The translations under genes were made by a program, and so were the position numbers. A stretch of 64,000 bases of DNA from an uncultured Gemmatimonadaceae bacterium (GTDB lineage: Bacteria > Gemmatimonadota > Gemmatimonadetes > Gemmatimonadales > Gemmatimonadaceae), in contig CAWFQK010000004.1 in NCBI GenBank assembly GCA_963817955.1, forward strand, positions 1,536,001 to 1,600,000, given 5' to 3'. Shown here one piece after another: positions 18,757 through 30,773 of the stretch. Position 1 is the stretch's first letter. Each line of letters opens with the position of its first letter. The notes below the pieces were generated by a model that was not told the DNA's origin, made no database searches, and worked only from the letters and a program-made list of their open reading frames with translations.

Positions 18757-21018
18757 TCAGGAACGGAAACGCATTCCGTTCGGGGCGATGGTGCCGGGCT
18801 TGGGGATGGCCGGCGTGGTCGGAGCGGCCGGCACGACGGATGGCCGCGTCCCGCGCCGCGGTGGCGTACGCGGACGTTCGCCGGTCTGCGTGCGCATGCT
18901 GAGCGCGATGCGGTTGCGCTCGAGATCCACCGACAACACGCGGACCGTCACCTTTTGTCCGACACTGAGCACCGCGTTCGGATCGCTGACAAATCGATCC
19001 GCGACCTGTGACACGTGCACCAGTCCGTCCTGATGTACGCCGATGTCGACGAATGCGCCAAATGCGACGATGTTCGTCACTATGCCCTCGAGTTCCATGC
19101 CTTCGCTCAGATGCTTCGGCTCCGTAATATCGGCGCGGAATGCCGGCGGCTCGAACGCCTCGCGCGGGTCGCGCCCCGGCTTCTTCAACTCCGACAGAAT
19201 GTCCCGCAGCGTCGGCAACCCTACGTCGTCCGTCACGTAGCGATCGAGCGTCACGCGATCGAGGTGGCGCTGATTACCGACGAGATCGGCGATCTGCACG
19301 CCAAGATCGGTCGCCATGCGCTCGACCAGCGGGTATCGCTCCGGATGCACCGCCGAGGCATCGAGCGGATGGGCGCCGCCTCGGACGCGGAGAAAGCCAG
19401 CGGCCTGTTGGAATGCCTTAGCGCCAAGTCGTGGCACGTCGCCGAGGTCGGCACGACCCCGGAAGCCGCCGCGGCTGTCGCGCGCCTTCACGATGTTCGC
19501 GGCGAGCGTCGGCCCAATACCGGCGACGTACGAGAGCAGCGGCACCGATGCCGTATTCACCTCCACGCCGACGCGGTTCACACAGCTCTCAACGACATCG
19601 TCGAGACGCTCCTTGAGGCGAGTCTGCGAAACATCGTGCTGGTACTGCCCGACACCGATCGACTTGGGATCGATCTTCACCAGCTCCGCCAGCGGATCCT
19701 GGAGGCGTCGCGCAATCGAGACCGCGCCGCGCAACGAAACGTCGAGATCGGGCAACTCCTCCCGCGCGACATCAGATGCCGAATAGACGGATGCACCAGA
19801 CTCGTTCACGACCACCACTTGTGGCCGCACCAGTTTGTGCTCGGCGAGCGTATCGCGCACCAGCGTTTCCGTCTCGCGCGATGCGGTGCCGTTCCCAATT
19901 GAAATGAGGTCGGGATCGAGCCGAGTGATGTACGCGAGCAGTGACTGCGCGAACCGATCCGGCTGATGCAGGAACAACGCATCCGTCGCGACGACGGCGC
20001 CGGTACGCGAGACCGCGGCCACTTTCACGCCGGTGCGGAAGCCGGGATCGAGTCCGATCACCACGCGCTCCCCTGCTGGGGGTGCAAGCAGCAGTTGCTC
20101 GAGGTTGCGGCCGAAGATGGTGATCGCCTCTTCGTCGGCGCGTGTCTTCAGTTCCATGCGGAGGTCCACTTCCACAGCCGGTGCCATGAGCCGCTTGTAC
20201 CCGTCCTGCACGACGAGCCGCATCTGGTCCGCCGCGGCATGGTGATGCGTGAATGCACCTTCCAGCTCGGCAACGATCCGCTCCGCCGGCGGCACGATCT
20301 GCCAGAGGAGAAATCCTTCCGCTTCGCCCCGCCGGATGGCGAGCATCCGGTGCGACGGCAACTGCGCGAGCGGCTGCGAGAAGTCGTTATAGTCCCGGAA
20401 CTTCGAGACTTCCTTCTCCTTGGCCAGCGTGACGCGCGACCGTACGATGCCTTCGGCGCGCGTGATATCGCGCACGCGGCCGCGCAGCGTCGCATCCTCG
20501 GCGATGCGCTCGGCGAGAATGTCGCGCGCGCCCGCGAGCGCGTGCTCGATGTCCGGCACTTCCTTGGCGGCATCGACGAATTGCGCCGCCTCGCGCTCCA
20601 ATGCACTCACGGAATGTGCGCCGGCCCACAACAACTCCGCGAGCGGCTCGAGGCCGCGCTCGCGCGCGATCATGGCGCGTGTGCGCCGCTTCGGCTTGAA
20701 CGGAAGATACAGATCCTCGAGCGCCTGCTTCGTCTCGGCGACGTCGATGCGCGCCTTCAGCGCGTCGTCGAGCTTGCCCTGCTCCTCGATGCTCACGAGG
20801 ATGGCGGCGCGGCGTTCGGCGAGCTCGCGCAGGTACGCGGCGCGATCGCGCACGTCACGAAGCTGGACTTCGTCGAGGCCGCCCGTGGCCTCCTTGCGAT
20901 ATCGGGCGATGAACGGGAGCGTGTTTCCTTCGTCGAAGAGCGCGAGCGCTCCGGACACCTGCAGAGGGGTGAGCGACAGTTCACGAGCGATCGTGGAAAC
21001 GACAGTGTGCAGCGACAT
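18757..21018 (-). CDS. tex: Tex family transcription accessory protein
   Basis: PFIARYRKEATGGLDE, DPGFRTG, VNESGASVYSAS, GVGQYQHD, C-terminal S1 domain. Confidence 0.95.
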   Translation of the reverse strand: MSLHTVVSTIARELSLTPLQVSGALALFDEGNTLPFIARYRKEATGGLDEVQLRDVRDRAAYLRELAERRAAILVSIEEQGKLDDALKARIDVAETKQALEDLYLPFKPKRRTRAMIARERGLEPLAELLWAGAHSVSALEREAAQFVDAAKEVPDIEHALAGARDILAERIAEDATLRGRVRDITRAEGIVRSRVTLAKEKEVSKFRDYNDFSQPLAQLPSHRMLAIRRGEAEGFLLWQIVPPAERIVAELEGAFTHHHAAADQMRLVVQDGYKRLMAPAVEVDLRMELKTRADEEAITIFGRNLEQLLLAPPAGERVVIGLDPGFRTGVKVAAVSRTGAVVATDALFLHQPDRFAQSLLAYITRLDPDLISIGNGTASRETETLVRDTLAEHKLVRPQVVVVNESGASVYSASDVAREELPDLDVSLRGAVSIARRLQDPLAELVKIDPKSIGVGQYQHDVSQTRLKERLDDVVESCVNRVGVEVNTASVPLLSYVAGIGPTLAANIVKARDSRGGFRGRADLGDVPRLGAKAFQQAAGFLRVRGGAHPLDASAVHPERYPLVERMATDLGVQIADLVGNQRHLDRVTLDRYVTDDVGLPTLRDILSELKKPGRDPREAFEPPAFRADITEPKHLSEGMELEGIVTNIVAFGAFVDIGVHQDGLVHVSQVADRFVSDPNAVLSVGQKVTVRVLSVDLERNRIALSMRTQTGERPRTPPRRGTRPSVVPAAPTTPAIPKPGTIAPNGMRFRS

Positions 21019-21075
21019 CCGTCCGGCAGCAAGAGAGAGGCGAGAGACGACGATCAGTCTTGAGGAGGATCGAAG

Positions 21076-22473
21076 TTAGCGAGTCGCGGCGTACCGTGTC
21101 TGTACCGCCATCGATCCGCGCACCGTCGCGCCACGATCGACCAACGCCTGCAAGTCGCCCAGTGTCGCCGGGACCGTAAACACCACCCCGCGATCGTAAC
21201 TGGCCTTGACAAGCGATTGCAGGAACCACTCGCTGATGCGGACGTGGATGCCTCCGTCCACGCGGCGCCAGACCCGCCCCCAGATACGCGGCACGTGGAT
21301 GAGGAGCAACCGGAGCAGGCGGTGCCCGGGAAGCGGGGCGAGCCCGACCCGCGCACAGCCCTCCTCGCCGATGAGTGTTTCGATATAGATCTGCGCCACG
21401 TGCTCGAGCGCGAGGAATCGGCTCTCCCCTTGCGGCAGCACCGTAGCGAGCATCTGGAGATGTCGCTGCGCGATCGCCACGCCGTCGGGGTTCTGCGTTT
21501 CCGATTGCGTGAGCCAATCGCCCGCCCAATGCGTTGCCCCAACGAAGTGGCGCCGCCGGAAGGCCTCATAGAACGCCGCCGCCTCCGCCAGGTCCTTTGG
21601 GAGATGGCAGTCGTTGTCGGGTTCATCCGGCGGGTGAATTCCCATGAGGTGCGCGAACACCCGCCACACATAGTAGTAGTCCTCTGCCTCCTGGCGCGTG
21701 ACAGGAATGCCCAACCGGCGCCAACCGCGCACGACGAGCAGCGAGAAGGCCATGATCGTCGCGAGCATGTCCTCCTGGTTGATCGGCACCCCATACCGCG
21801 CGAGATAGGCGGCATAGCCGCCCCGCCGCTCGAGCACGCGGGGAGCGACTTTGGAGCGCACCCCCGCGTGCAGCAACCGCATCTGCTGGCCATTGAGCAG
21901 CGCCGTGCCGGCTCGCTCGAAGCTCTGCGGGCTGGAAACGTCGATGAGGAGTTGCAGCGTTCCCATCAAACGATGGTACGTGTGCGTCAACAGTTCGCCG
22001 GAAATATTGAGAACCTTCGTCGCACCGGCCGTCGCGTACGATTCGGGCAGGCTCTTGCAGAGGAGCACGAGCACGGACGGCATCATGCGCTCCATGAACA
22101 CCTTCTGACCGCGGACGATGCGATCCCGGTCCACCCACGCAGGGAGCGACGGCTGCCGGCAATGGTCGCACCACGCATACGTCTGGGCGAAGAACTCCCG
22201 CAACTGCGCCGGCGTGTCGGACGGCAGCGGCGAATCATTGCGCGGCATCTTGGCAAAGACCGCCCGGGCACGCATCGCACTGTCCGGCAGCTTGGCGAGC
22301 TCGACGACACACCGGTCGCCGGCAGCATCGCCGAACTGTCGCAGCCCGTCCAGAAAGCTGTCGTCCGACCAGCGGGCCGCACCGAGGCTCGCGGCCAGCA
22401 TGCTCGATGCTGATCGTCGCGGCTGCGAGAGATCAGGTGACGCCGCGACGCCGGCGCTCGTGGAACGATCCAT
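21076..22473 (-). CDS. Oxygenase MpaB / DUF2236 (Lcp-like) family protein
   Basis: LPAWVD..I.RGQ.VF, SLPESYA, RLLHAGVR, GVPINQEDML.T...FS, WRVFAHLMG. Confidence 0.82.
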   Translation of the reverse strand: MDRSTSAGVAASPDLSQPRRSASSMLAASLGAARWSDDSFLDGLRQFGDAAGDRCVVELAKLPDSAMRARAVFAKMPRNDSPLPSDTPAQLREFFAQTYAWCDHCRQPSLPAWVDRDRIVRGQKVFMERMMPSVLVLLCKSLPESYATAGATKVLNISGELLTHTYHRLMGTLQLLIDVSSPQSFERAGTALLNGQQMRLLHAGVRSKVAPRVLERRGGYAAYLARYGVPINQEDMLATIMAFSLLVVRGWRRLGIPVTRQEAEDYYYVWRVFAHLMGIHPPDEPDNDCHLPKDLAEAAAFYEAFRRRHFVGATHWAGDWLTQSETQNPDGVAIAQRHLQMLATVLPQGESRFLALEHVAQIYIETLIGEEGCARVGLAPLPGHRLLRLLLIHVPRIWGRVWRRVDGGIHVRISEWFLQSLVKASYDRGVVFTVPATLGDLQALVDRGATVRGSMAVQTRYAATR

Positions 22474-22542
22474 GATCCCCGCGGGAGAAGGGTGCAAAAT
22501 CCAACCTAGCATTGGGGCCGCGATGCCGCCATTCTCCGCCAC

Positions 22543-23607
22543 ATGAGCCTCCGCATCATTGGAGGTGGACCCTCGGGCCTCGCCGCGGCGATCACCCTCG
22601 CACGCGCAGGCCGCGACGTCGAAGTCTTCGAACGCCGCGCTCGCTGTGGTGCCCGCTTTGGCGGCGACATCCAGGGTATTGAAAGCTGGAGCGATGACCG
22701 CGACGCAATCGACGAGCTCGCGTCTGCCGGCATCCCGATCGATTTCCATTGTGCACCCGTTTCGAGCGGTATCGAGACGAACGGCAGGCGTGACAAGCGC
22801 CTCGCATTCGGGCGGCGCCCGGGCGTGTACCTCGTGAAACGCGGCGCTGGCCACGACACGCTCGACCAGGGTCTGGCGCGCACCGCGCTCGCCGTGGGCG
22901 TTCGCATTCATTTTCGGCAGACTATTCCTGTGGAACACGCGGACATCGTCGCCACCGGACCTCGAGGACGCGCCCCGTTTGCGGTCAACGCGGGCATCGC
23001 CTTCGACACCGATGCCCCTGACACTGCCGTGGTGATGTTCGACGATAGCGCGGCACCCAAAGGCTACAGCTACTTGCTGGTGACCAAGGGTTATGGGTGC
23101 ATCTGCACGATGGGTTTCGAGGATTTCCCGAGCATTCACACGCGCCTCGCCCGCGCTCGCGACGTGCTCGCGTCACGATACGGCATTCGCATAGAGAACG
23201 AGCGGCGCGTCGGCGGACTGGGCCATTTCGCGCTGGCACCCTCCTACAGCACCGCCGGCGTGATTCAGGTTGGCGAGGCCGCGGGACTACAGGACTTTTT
23301 GTGGGGCTTCGGTATTCGTACCGCGATTCAGTCGGGGATCCTCGCCGCGAACTGCCTGCTCGACGGCACCGATTGGGAGCAGGCGGCGCATGCGCGCTTC
23401 GACAACCGGCAGCACGCCGGCGTGGTGAACCGCTTCTTGTGGGAATCGCTGCGCATTGGCCGCTATCGCGCGGTCATGCTCGCGCTGTCGCTCGGTGGGC
23501 CGGCAGCGCTGCTCCGTTGGCTGAGCCGGTACAATCCCGTCCAGCGCGCGCTGTTTCCGATCGCGAAGATGCACGCGCGAAAGTGGTACGGGCAGTTGGA
23601 GTTTTAG
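22543..23607 (+). CDS. NAD(P)/FAD-dependent oxidoreductase (geranylgeranyl-reductase-like)
   Basis: IIGGGPSGLAAA Rossmann motif; VGEAAGLQD..GFGIR.A. Confidence 0.85.
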   Translation: MSLRIIGGGPSGLAAAITLARAGRDVEVFERRARCGARFGGDIQGIESWSDDRDAIDELASAGIPIDFHCAPVSSGIETNGRRDKRLAFGRRPGVYLVKRGAGHDTLDQGLARTALAVGVRIHFRQTIPVEHADIVATGPRGRAPFAVNAGIAFDTDAPDTAVVMFDDSAAPKGYSYLLVTKGYGCICTMGFEDFPSIHTRLARARDVLASRYGIRIENERRVGGLGHFALAPSYSTAGVIQVGEAAGLQDFLWGFGIRTAIQSGILAANCLLDGTDWEQAAHARFDNRQHAGVVNRFLWESLRIGRYRAVMLALSLGGPAALLRWLSRYNPVQRALFPIAKMHARKWYGQLEF

Positions 23608-23840
23608 GGGGGACACGGGACACGCGATGCCTGTCATCCTGAGCGGAGCGAAGGATCTCTGTAGGCCAGCTGGATGTCGCTGGCTGCTCCGTAGCGGTCG
23701 GCCCACCGGTCGGCGAGTTTCGAGTTTCCAGTTGTGAGTTGTGCGTTGTGAGTGTCCCGTGTCTCGTGTCTCGTGTCCCGTGTCTCGTGTCTCGTGTCTC
23801 GTGTCCCGTGTCCCGTGTCCCGTGTCCCACCCCCGTGTCT
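23608..23840 (-). repeat. Dispersed repeat copy 3 with REP-like module and heptamer arrays on both ends
   Basis: GGGACAC x2 right after the stop; TGTCATCCTGAGCGGAGCGAAGGATCT 23632-23658; core 23668-23753; 11 GTGTC(C/T)C units 23752-23828. Confidence 0.95.
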
Positions 23841-23932
23841 CTTCCCTGACCAGCATCATCGGCTTGCCCGATAGGGCATTGGGGTGGTCACCAATAGCGT
23901 CGGTGGCACGCGCCGATCTGGCGCGGCGCTAG

Positions 23933-25402
<1,470 letters not shown>

Positions 25403-25432
25403 GACATTCGCATGGTCAGGTGAGACTCCGCC

Positions 25433-25632
25433 GGATTGGACTCCGGGTCGTCGACCGGCCGCTCCTGGACCACCTTCCAGGTGCACCGCCGGCTGGATGT
25501 CGCTGGCTGCTCCGTCGCGGTCGGCCCACCGGTCGGCGAGTTTCGAGTTTCCAGTTGTGAGTTGTGCGTTGTGAGTGTCCCGTGTCTCGTGTCCCCGTGT
25601 CTCGTGTCTCATGTCTCATGTCTCATGTCTCA
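25433..25632 (-). repeat. Dispersed repeat copy 4
   Basis: Tail GGATTGGACTCCGGG at 25433; core 25491-25576; heptamers drifting GTGTCCC>GTGTCTC>ATGTCTC to 25632. Confidence 0.95.
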
Positions 25633-25734
25633 TAACGCACGGGATTAGTCCTCACACACGCAAGGCTCTTTGCGGACGTCATCGCGTGATGGCCCGTCGC
25701 AATGTAGGGTACTTCCCTTCGGGCGACGGGTCAC

Positions 25735-26706
25735 ATGTCACGTTCACTCCCGCGGCAACCTAGTACGGCGCGCCTCGCTGCGCTCCTCGGCGTCTATGCC
25801 GCGTTGCTGGTGGTATTCCTCACCGTTGCCCGGCCCTGGTACCGAAGTTGGAATATCACAGAAGACGAACGCGGCATGGCGTTGCCGGGCGACTCGATGT
25901 TGACGGCCGCCGCAGTGCAGGAAACGCGAGCCATTACGATCTACTCACCGATCGACCGAGTCTGGCCGTGGGTCGCGCAAATCGGTCAGGATCGCGGCGG
26001 GTTCTACAGCTTCGATCTGCTCGAGAATATCGTCGGCAGCCAAATGCCGACCCGCGACTATCTGCGCCCGGACAAACAAGACTGGCAAGTCGGGGACAGA
26101 CTGTGGATGCATCCGCCGTTGGGCGGACGCGGCGTGGGATCCGCCACTTTGCGCAGCTACGTCCCGGGACGCGCGCTTGCGTTCGTAACGCAAAACCCGG
26201 GTTCGCCAGAGGCTCTGCCCGAAAGCGGCAGTTGGACAGTTGCCGTGCAACCGATCGATGAGGCAGCAACGCGCCTGATCGTCCGCGGTCGCGCCGTGGA
26301 GCCGCCCTCGACCGGCTGGCTCACGCTCAATGTTCTGGTCTTCGAGCCGATGCACTTCGTCATGGAGCGACGGATGATGCTCGGCATCAAGGAGCTTGCC
26401 GAGCGTGGCGTTCGGACACGCACGTGGAACCACATTCAGGTGGTAATCTGGACAGTCGCCTTCGGCCTGTTGGTCGCCGCGGTCGTGATGGCGATGCGCT
26501 GCGAGGAGTGGGAGCGGCCCATGCTCGGCGTCTTCATCGCCGGCGTGATGTTCATGGTCCTGACGTTCGTTCAGCCGGCGATCATCGTCGCCGTCACGGG
26601 ACTTCTCCTCGTGGAAATGACTTTATGGGGAAAGCCTCACATTCGGCTTCCGCGGCTGGCTCGGGTGAACTCCTTCAGGCCGTGGGCGGCCACCTCACAA
26701 CGATGA
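25735..26706 (+). CDS. Hypothetical membrane protein with SRPBCC-like domain
   Basis: LPGD, TRAITI..P...VWPW..QIGQDRGGFYS.D.LEN, EPMHFVMERRM..GIK. Confidence 0.75.
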   Translation: MSRSLPRQPSTARLAALLGVYAALLVVFLTVARPWYRSWNITEDERGMALPGDSMLTAAAVQETRAITIYSPIDRVWPWVAQIGQDRGGFYSFDLLENIVGSQMPTRDYLRPDKQDWQVGDRLWMHPPLGGRGVGSATLRSYVPGRALAFVTQNPGSPEALPESGSWTVAVQPIDEAATRLIVRGRAVEPPSTGWLTLNVLVFEPMHFVMERRMMLGIKELAERGVRTRTWNHIQVVIWTVAFGLLVAAVVMAMRCEEWERPMLGVFIAGVMFMVLTFVQPAIIVAVTGLLLVEMTLWGKPHIRLPRLARVNSFRPWAATSQR

Positions 26707-26827
26707 GGCTGGTTTCCTGACTGCATTCAGTATTGCGACAGACTGGCGGTAAAGCTCGCCATATACTCGGAGTCTCTTCTCCGAAATTCAAGCCTGCAAC
26801 AGAGGTTGTAAGTGCGTAACTTTATGA

Positions 26828-27646
26828 ATGTCAAAAAGTTACGCACTGGCAGCTCCCAAGCTTTACCAAGCAGTGAAGCGGGGGGTTGCGCGATACGGCA
26901 TCAAGGGAGGGCTCATGATCGCTGGCGGCATAGTCGCTGCCGGAACGATGGGCCATCCCGCCAGCAATTTGCCTCAGCCCCCGCTTATACAACGCGTCGT
27001 GGCCGTCGCTCCGGCAGTCTCGCGCCCGCTCAGCCCTCCGGCTGAGCCGGCCGGACCCGCGCTGAATATCGCCATGCAGCACGCGAGCATCGATCACTGG
27101 GTCACGCGGCTCTCGTCGTCCAGCTCCGGCTTCGGCCAGGCCCTGGGCCGCATGGCGCAGTATGCCGACATGATCAAGGCCAAGCTCGACGCCAAGAATA
27201 TGCCCGCCGACCTCATCTATCTCGCGGCGATCGAATCGGAATTCAATCCGAACGCCCGGTCGCACGCGGCTGCCGTAGGCCTCTGGCAGTTCATGAGGGG
27301 AACGGCGCGCTCCTTTGGACTGAAGGTTGGGCACGGTCTGGACGAGCGAAAGGACCCTGCGCGGGAGACAGACGCAGCCCTATCGTACCTGTCCAGCCTG
27401 CATGGACGCCTCGGATCGTGGTACTTGGCTGCCGCCGCCTTCAATTCAGGGGCGGGCACTGTGCTGCGCGCACTCAGGCGGACGACCGGCAAGACCAGTG
27501 GGACGGACGAGGACTTCTTCAGGATTCTTCCTGCCTTGCCTCGAGAGACGCAGAGCTATGTGCCGAAACTGATCGCGGCCGCCCGCGTGGGCAACGCGCC
27601 CGAGCAGTACGGTGTCACGGTACCGGCTGTGTCACCGCGGCGATAA
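26828..27646 (+). CDS. Lytic transglycosylase (SLT, MltD-like)
   Basis: YLAAIESEF.P.A.S...A.GLWQFM..TA, LAAAAFNSG.G, ETQSYVPK. Confidence 0.9.
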   Translation: MSKSYALAAPKLYQAVKRGVARYGIKGGLMIAGGIVAAGTMGHPASNLPQPPLIQRVVAVAPAVSRPLSPPAEPAGPALNIAMQHASIDHWVTRLSSSSSGFGQALGRMAQYADMIKAKLDAKNMPADLIYLAAIESEFNPNARSHAAAVGLWQFMRGTARSFGLKVGHGLDERKDPARETDAALSYLSSLHGRLGSWYLAAAAFNSGAGTVLRALRRTTGKTSGTDEDFFRILPALPRETQSYVPKLIAAARVGNAPEQYGVTVPAVSPRR

Positions 27647-27759
27647 TCGATTGCAGAATCGGCATGACGATGCGATAGGGAAGTATAGACCTGGCGCACA
27701 CGCGCGGAGGAGAGAGAGAGAGAGGAGAGATCGTCGAACTTCCACGGGCCGCGAATCAG

Positions 27760-28224
27760 CTATTCCAACTCACAGAGCTGCAGGTAGTGCTCGCAGTACC
27801 AGTTCTGAAGCTCGGTGATCACGTCTCCGAGACTGGGCCAAATGGCTTCGGTTGTCGTCCCATCCTGGTCCCCCGCGAACACATCGTACCGGTGGACGTG
27901 GTGGTATTCGTTGTGGTCGTTGTGGGGCGAGTCGTACCGGAGCACATTCCCGAGACTGATCGACGCGTTGTAATTGTACGTCGTCGTTTGGACCATGGCA
28001 TTCGCTCCGTCGCCTTCAACAACTTTGAGCACCTTTTCTACATCCAAGCGGATGCCACCCAAGCAACGAATACTTCCTTTTATCAGGATGAGGCCCGCGC
28101 CAATCGACGACACAACAAGCGTGTCCTCTAGAATAAAGCCGCTATCGACAAAGCGACCCATGATTGTCTCATGGGTCGCGATGTAGTTCGAAAACCGATT
28201 GGGGCCGTGCGGATCATCCGCCAC
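27760..28224 (-). CDS. Putative DUF6516/TumE-like toxin
   Basis: C-terminal VLRYDSPH..H...HHVH motif; overlaps a small upstream gene. Confidence 0.6.
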   Translation of the reverse strand: MADDPHGPNRFSNYIATHETIMGRFVDSGFILEDTLVVSSIGAGLILIKGSIRCLGGIRLDVEKVLKVVEGDGANAMVQTTTYNYNASISLGNVLRYDSPHNDHNEYHHVHRYDVFAGDQDGTTTEAIWPSLGDVITELQNWYCEHYLQLCELE

Positions 28225-28480
28225 TAAGTTCCCTCACGCGGATCCAAAACAGCCAATTGCTCACCTCGGCTGTCTCGCAAAACGTCTTATTCTTCAGGCG
28301 CACGGGTAGCTGGTCCGAGGTCATTTTGTACCGCAACTCGTAGCTCTGAATCTTTTCTTTGATGATCACAGCTTGGCCATTAACCGGCCTGAGGGCTTCG
28401 TTCACCAACCCCCCAATGGCCTTTTCGCGCTCGCTTTTCCCGAGGGCGCGAAGATCTCCCATTCGAATGGCGGTCGCCAT
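28214..28480 (-). CDS. Putative TumA-like antitoxin
   Basis: 88 aa; I.SYE.RY.MTS......L.......E...W pattern; AGAGGGG RBS; 11-nt overlap with downstream gene. Confidence 0.55.
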   Translation of the reverse strand: MATAIRMGDLRALGKSEREKAIGGLVNEALRPVNGQAVIIKEKIQSYELRYKMTSDQLPVRLKNKTFCETAEVSNWLFWIRVRELSGG

Positions 28481-28705
28481 AAACCCCTCTCCTGTGGCTA
28501 TGCGCCTGCGATGGATAATACCCGTAGATTGCGAAAGAGTATGCTTTTTCGCGTAACGCAACTATCGGGACTTACCAGCGGCAGCGCAACCAGAATAGGC
28601 GAAATAGCTGGATAAATAGTTACTTGACCAGTAGGGGCCCGGTAGAAGTCGAAGAACAGCAACTGGTGGTGTGCACAGAACTGTGTGAACACCCGCCAAC
28701 CGTCC

Positions 28706-30121
28706 TCAGCGACCAGTACCCTGATACGTGACGCGCCAGACACGGCCGCCCTTGTCATCGCTGATGTAGAGTGCTCCGTCGGGACCCTGGGCGAGACCCG
28801 ACGGACGATGGGCCGCTTGGTCCGGCTGCATGCGCCCTTGGGCGAACCCATCCGCAAAGATCTCGAACCCGCCGGGTTTGGCCGACGGCTTCCGGCCGGC
28901 AAAGGGCAGGAATACGACATTGTACCCTTGCTGCGGACCCGGCGCGCGGTTCCATGAGCCATGAAACGCGATGAACGCGCCGCCACGGTATTTCTCGGGA
29001 AACTGCGTACCCGTGTAGAACTGCAGCGCGAGGGGCGCCCAGTGCGCCGGAAAAAATGCGATCGGACCTGTCTTCTGCGCACACTGGCCGACCGTCTTGC
29101 CGTCGCCGCCGTACTCCGGCGCGAGCACGAGCTTCTGCTGCTCATTGTCGAAGTAGCAATAGGGCCAGCCATAGTCCGCCCCATGTTTGACGAGCAGCAA
29201 CTCCTCGGCAGGGAGATTCTGTCCCTGGATCGAGGTGTAGAGATTTGGCCAATTCTCGGCGAGCTGGTCGCGGCCATGTTGCATGGCGTACAGGCTGCCA
29301 TCCGGGCCAATGGCAATGCCGTCCGCGTTACGGATTCCGGTCGCATACCGGTTCGCCAGCGACGGCACCTGTTTGGTCTGGTTCGCATCGAAGCGCCAGA
29401 TCCCGCCGCGTGTCTCGAGCTCCGTGCACGGTTTGCGGCCGGGCGACTCGCGCGTGCGATTCCTGACCTGACAGGAATTCGTCGCGCTTCCCATGTTCAC
29501 GTACATCGCCCCCGCCGAGTCGATGGCAAAAGGGTGCATTGGGTGATCGCCGGTCAGCGGCAAGCCGCTCACGACGACCTCGGCTTTCGACGTTGGAGTG
29601 AGCTGGTCGCGCGCCAGGGTGTAGCGCACGATGGTCGCGGCTTCTTCGGCGTACAACGCGCCGTTGTACAGCCCGATGCCAGTGCCACCGTGGCCGCCAC
29701 CCACGCCAGTGGCGCCGAACCGCGCCATGACATTCGCCTTGCCGTCGTGGCTGGTGTCGCGCAGAGCGACGATGAAGCCGCCGGGCAACGGCGATTGGTC
29801 CGGGTAGAAGCTGCCGCTCCACGTATTGACGTACACGTCGCCATTCGGCGCCACGACGAGGTGGCGTGCATGGCCAATGCTGTCGGCGAACACCGTGGCG
29901 CAGAAGCCAGGCGGAAGCGTGATGCCGCCGTTGTCGCCCGGGCACGCGGCAACCGGCCGGTCACGGCGCGTGGCATCGCCGGCATCGCCGGTATCACCGG
30001 TATCGCCGCTTGTCCGTTGCGACTGCCCCTTGCCGCCGCATCCAACCACCAGCGTCGCCGTCACCATGGCGGCGAGCGCGAAAGCGCGCACAGGCTGCGT
30101 CTTGCGGATGGGTTCGACCAT
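28706..30121 (-). CDS. PQQ-dependent sugar (sorbosone) dehydrogenase family lipoprotein
   Basis: LPPGFCA.VFAD, ATGIRNA, HGRDQL, YGWPYCY, AFHGSWNRAP, GPDGALY. Confidence 0.88.
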   Translation of the reverse strand: MVEPIRKTQPVRAFALAAMVTATLVVGCGGKGQSQRTSGDTGDTGDAGDATRRDRPVAACPGDNGGITLPPGFCATVFADSIGHARHLVVAPNGDVYVNTWSGSFYPDQSPLPGGFIVALRDTSHDGKANVMARFGATGVGGGHGGTGIGLYNGALYAEEAATIVRYTLARDQLTPTSKAEVVVSGLPLTGDHPMHPFAIDSAGAMYVNMGSATNSCQVRNRTRESPGRKPCTELETRGGIWRFDANQTKQVPSLANRYATGIRNADGIAIGPDGSLYAMQHGRDQLAENWPNLYTSIQGQNLPAEELLLVKHGADYGWPYCYFDNEQQKLVLAPEYGGDGKTVGQCAQKTGPIAFFPAHWAPLALQFYTGTQFPEKYRGGAFIAFHGSWNRAPGPQQGYNVVFLPFAGRKPSAKPGGFEIFADGFAQGRMQPDQAAHRPSGLAQGPDGALYISDDKGGRVWRVTYQGTGR

Positions 30122-30149
30122 GGTGGCTCCTGCGTCCGGTGGATGTGGA

Positions 30150-30719
30150 CTAGGGGTTCCGCAGTGCGACGAGTGCGTTGGACCACTTGAGCAACTCGTC
30201 GAGCATCGCGACTGCGGCCTTGGCCTGGACGTCGCCGGGATCGAACACGCCCGACTCGCCACTCACGTACTGCGCGAAGAACGGAATCGAGACGGCTTCA
30301 AACATCGGCATCATCTTGAGCGCGGTGACGACCTGCTTCGTCATCTGGACGCCGCGCGTACCACCGGACACCCCGCCATAGCTCACGAACGCACACGCTT
30401 TGTACGCCCACTCTTTGACGAGGTATTGCAGCGCGTTGATGAGTGACGCTGGGGCGCTAAAGTCGTACTCCGGCGTCACGAAGACGTAGGCATCGGCGCG
30501 GCTTGCGATCGCGCTCCAACGCTTGGTGTGCTCATGCTCGTACTGGCCGAAGCGCGGATGCTTCGGCTCGTCGAACAGCGGCAGATTCACCTCGGCGAGG
30601 TCGATGAGCTCGACGGTGAACTTGCCATGCCGGCGGGCTTGATCCGCCGCCCACGCACCGACCGCCGTTCCCTGGCGGCCGGTGCGGGTACTGGCGATGA
30701 CAACTTGCAGATTGAGCAT
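30150..30719 (-). CDS. NADPH-dependent FMN reductase
   Basis: STR.GR.G, FVTPEY, FVSYGGVSGG.R. Confidence 0.92.
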   Translation of the reverse strand: MLNLQVVIASTRTGRQGTAVGAWAADQARRHGKFTVELIDLAEVNLPLFDEPKHPRFGQYEHEHTKRWSAIASRADAYVFVTPEYDFSAPASLINALQYLVKEWAYKACAFVSYGGVSGGTRGVQMTKQVVTALKMMPMFEAVSIPFFAQYVSGESGVFDPGDVQAKAAVAMLDELLKWSNALVALRNP

Positions 30720-30773
30720 TTTGCGGAAATTGGAGACAATCGCAAACGTGCTCTCGACTGCAAGGTCCCTGCC

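Noticed and set aside
29970..30010. 9-bp GD(T/A) coding repeat
   Set aside because: Short low-complexity linker after a lipoprotein signal; unremarkable
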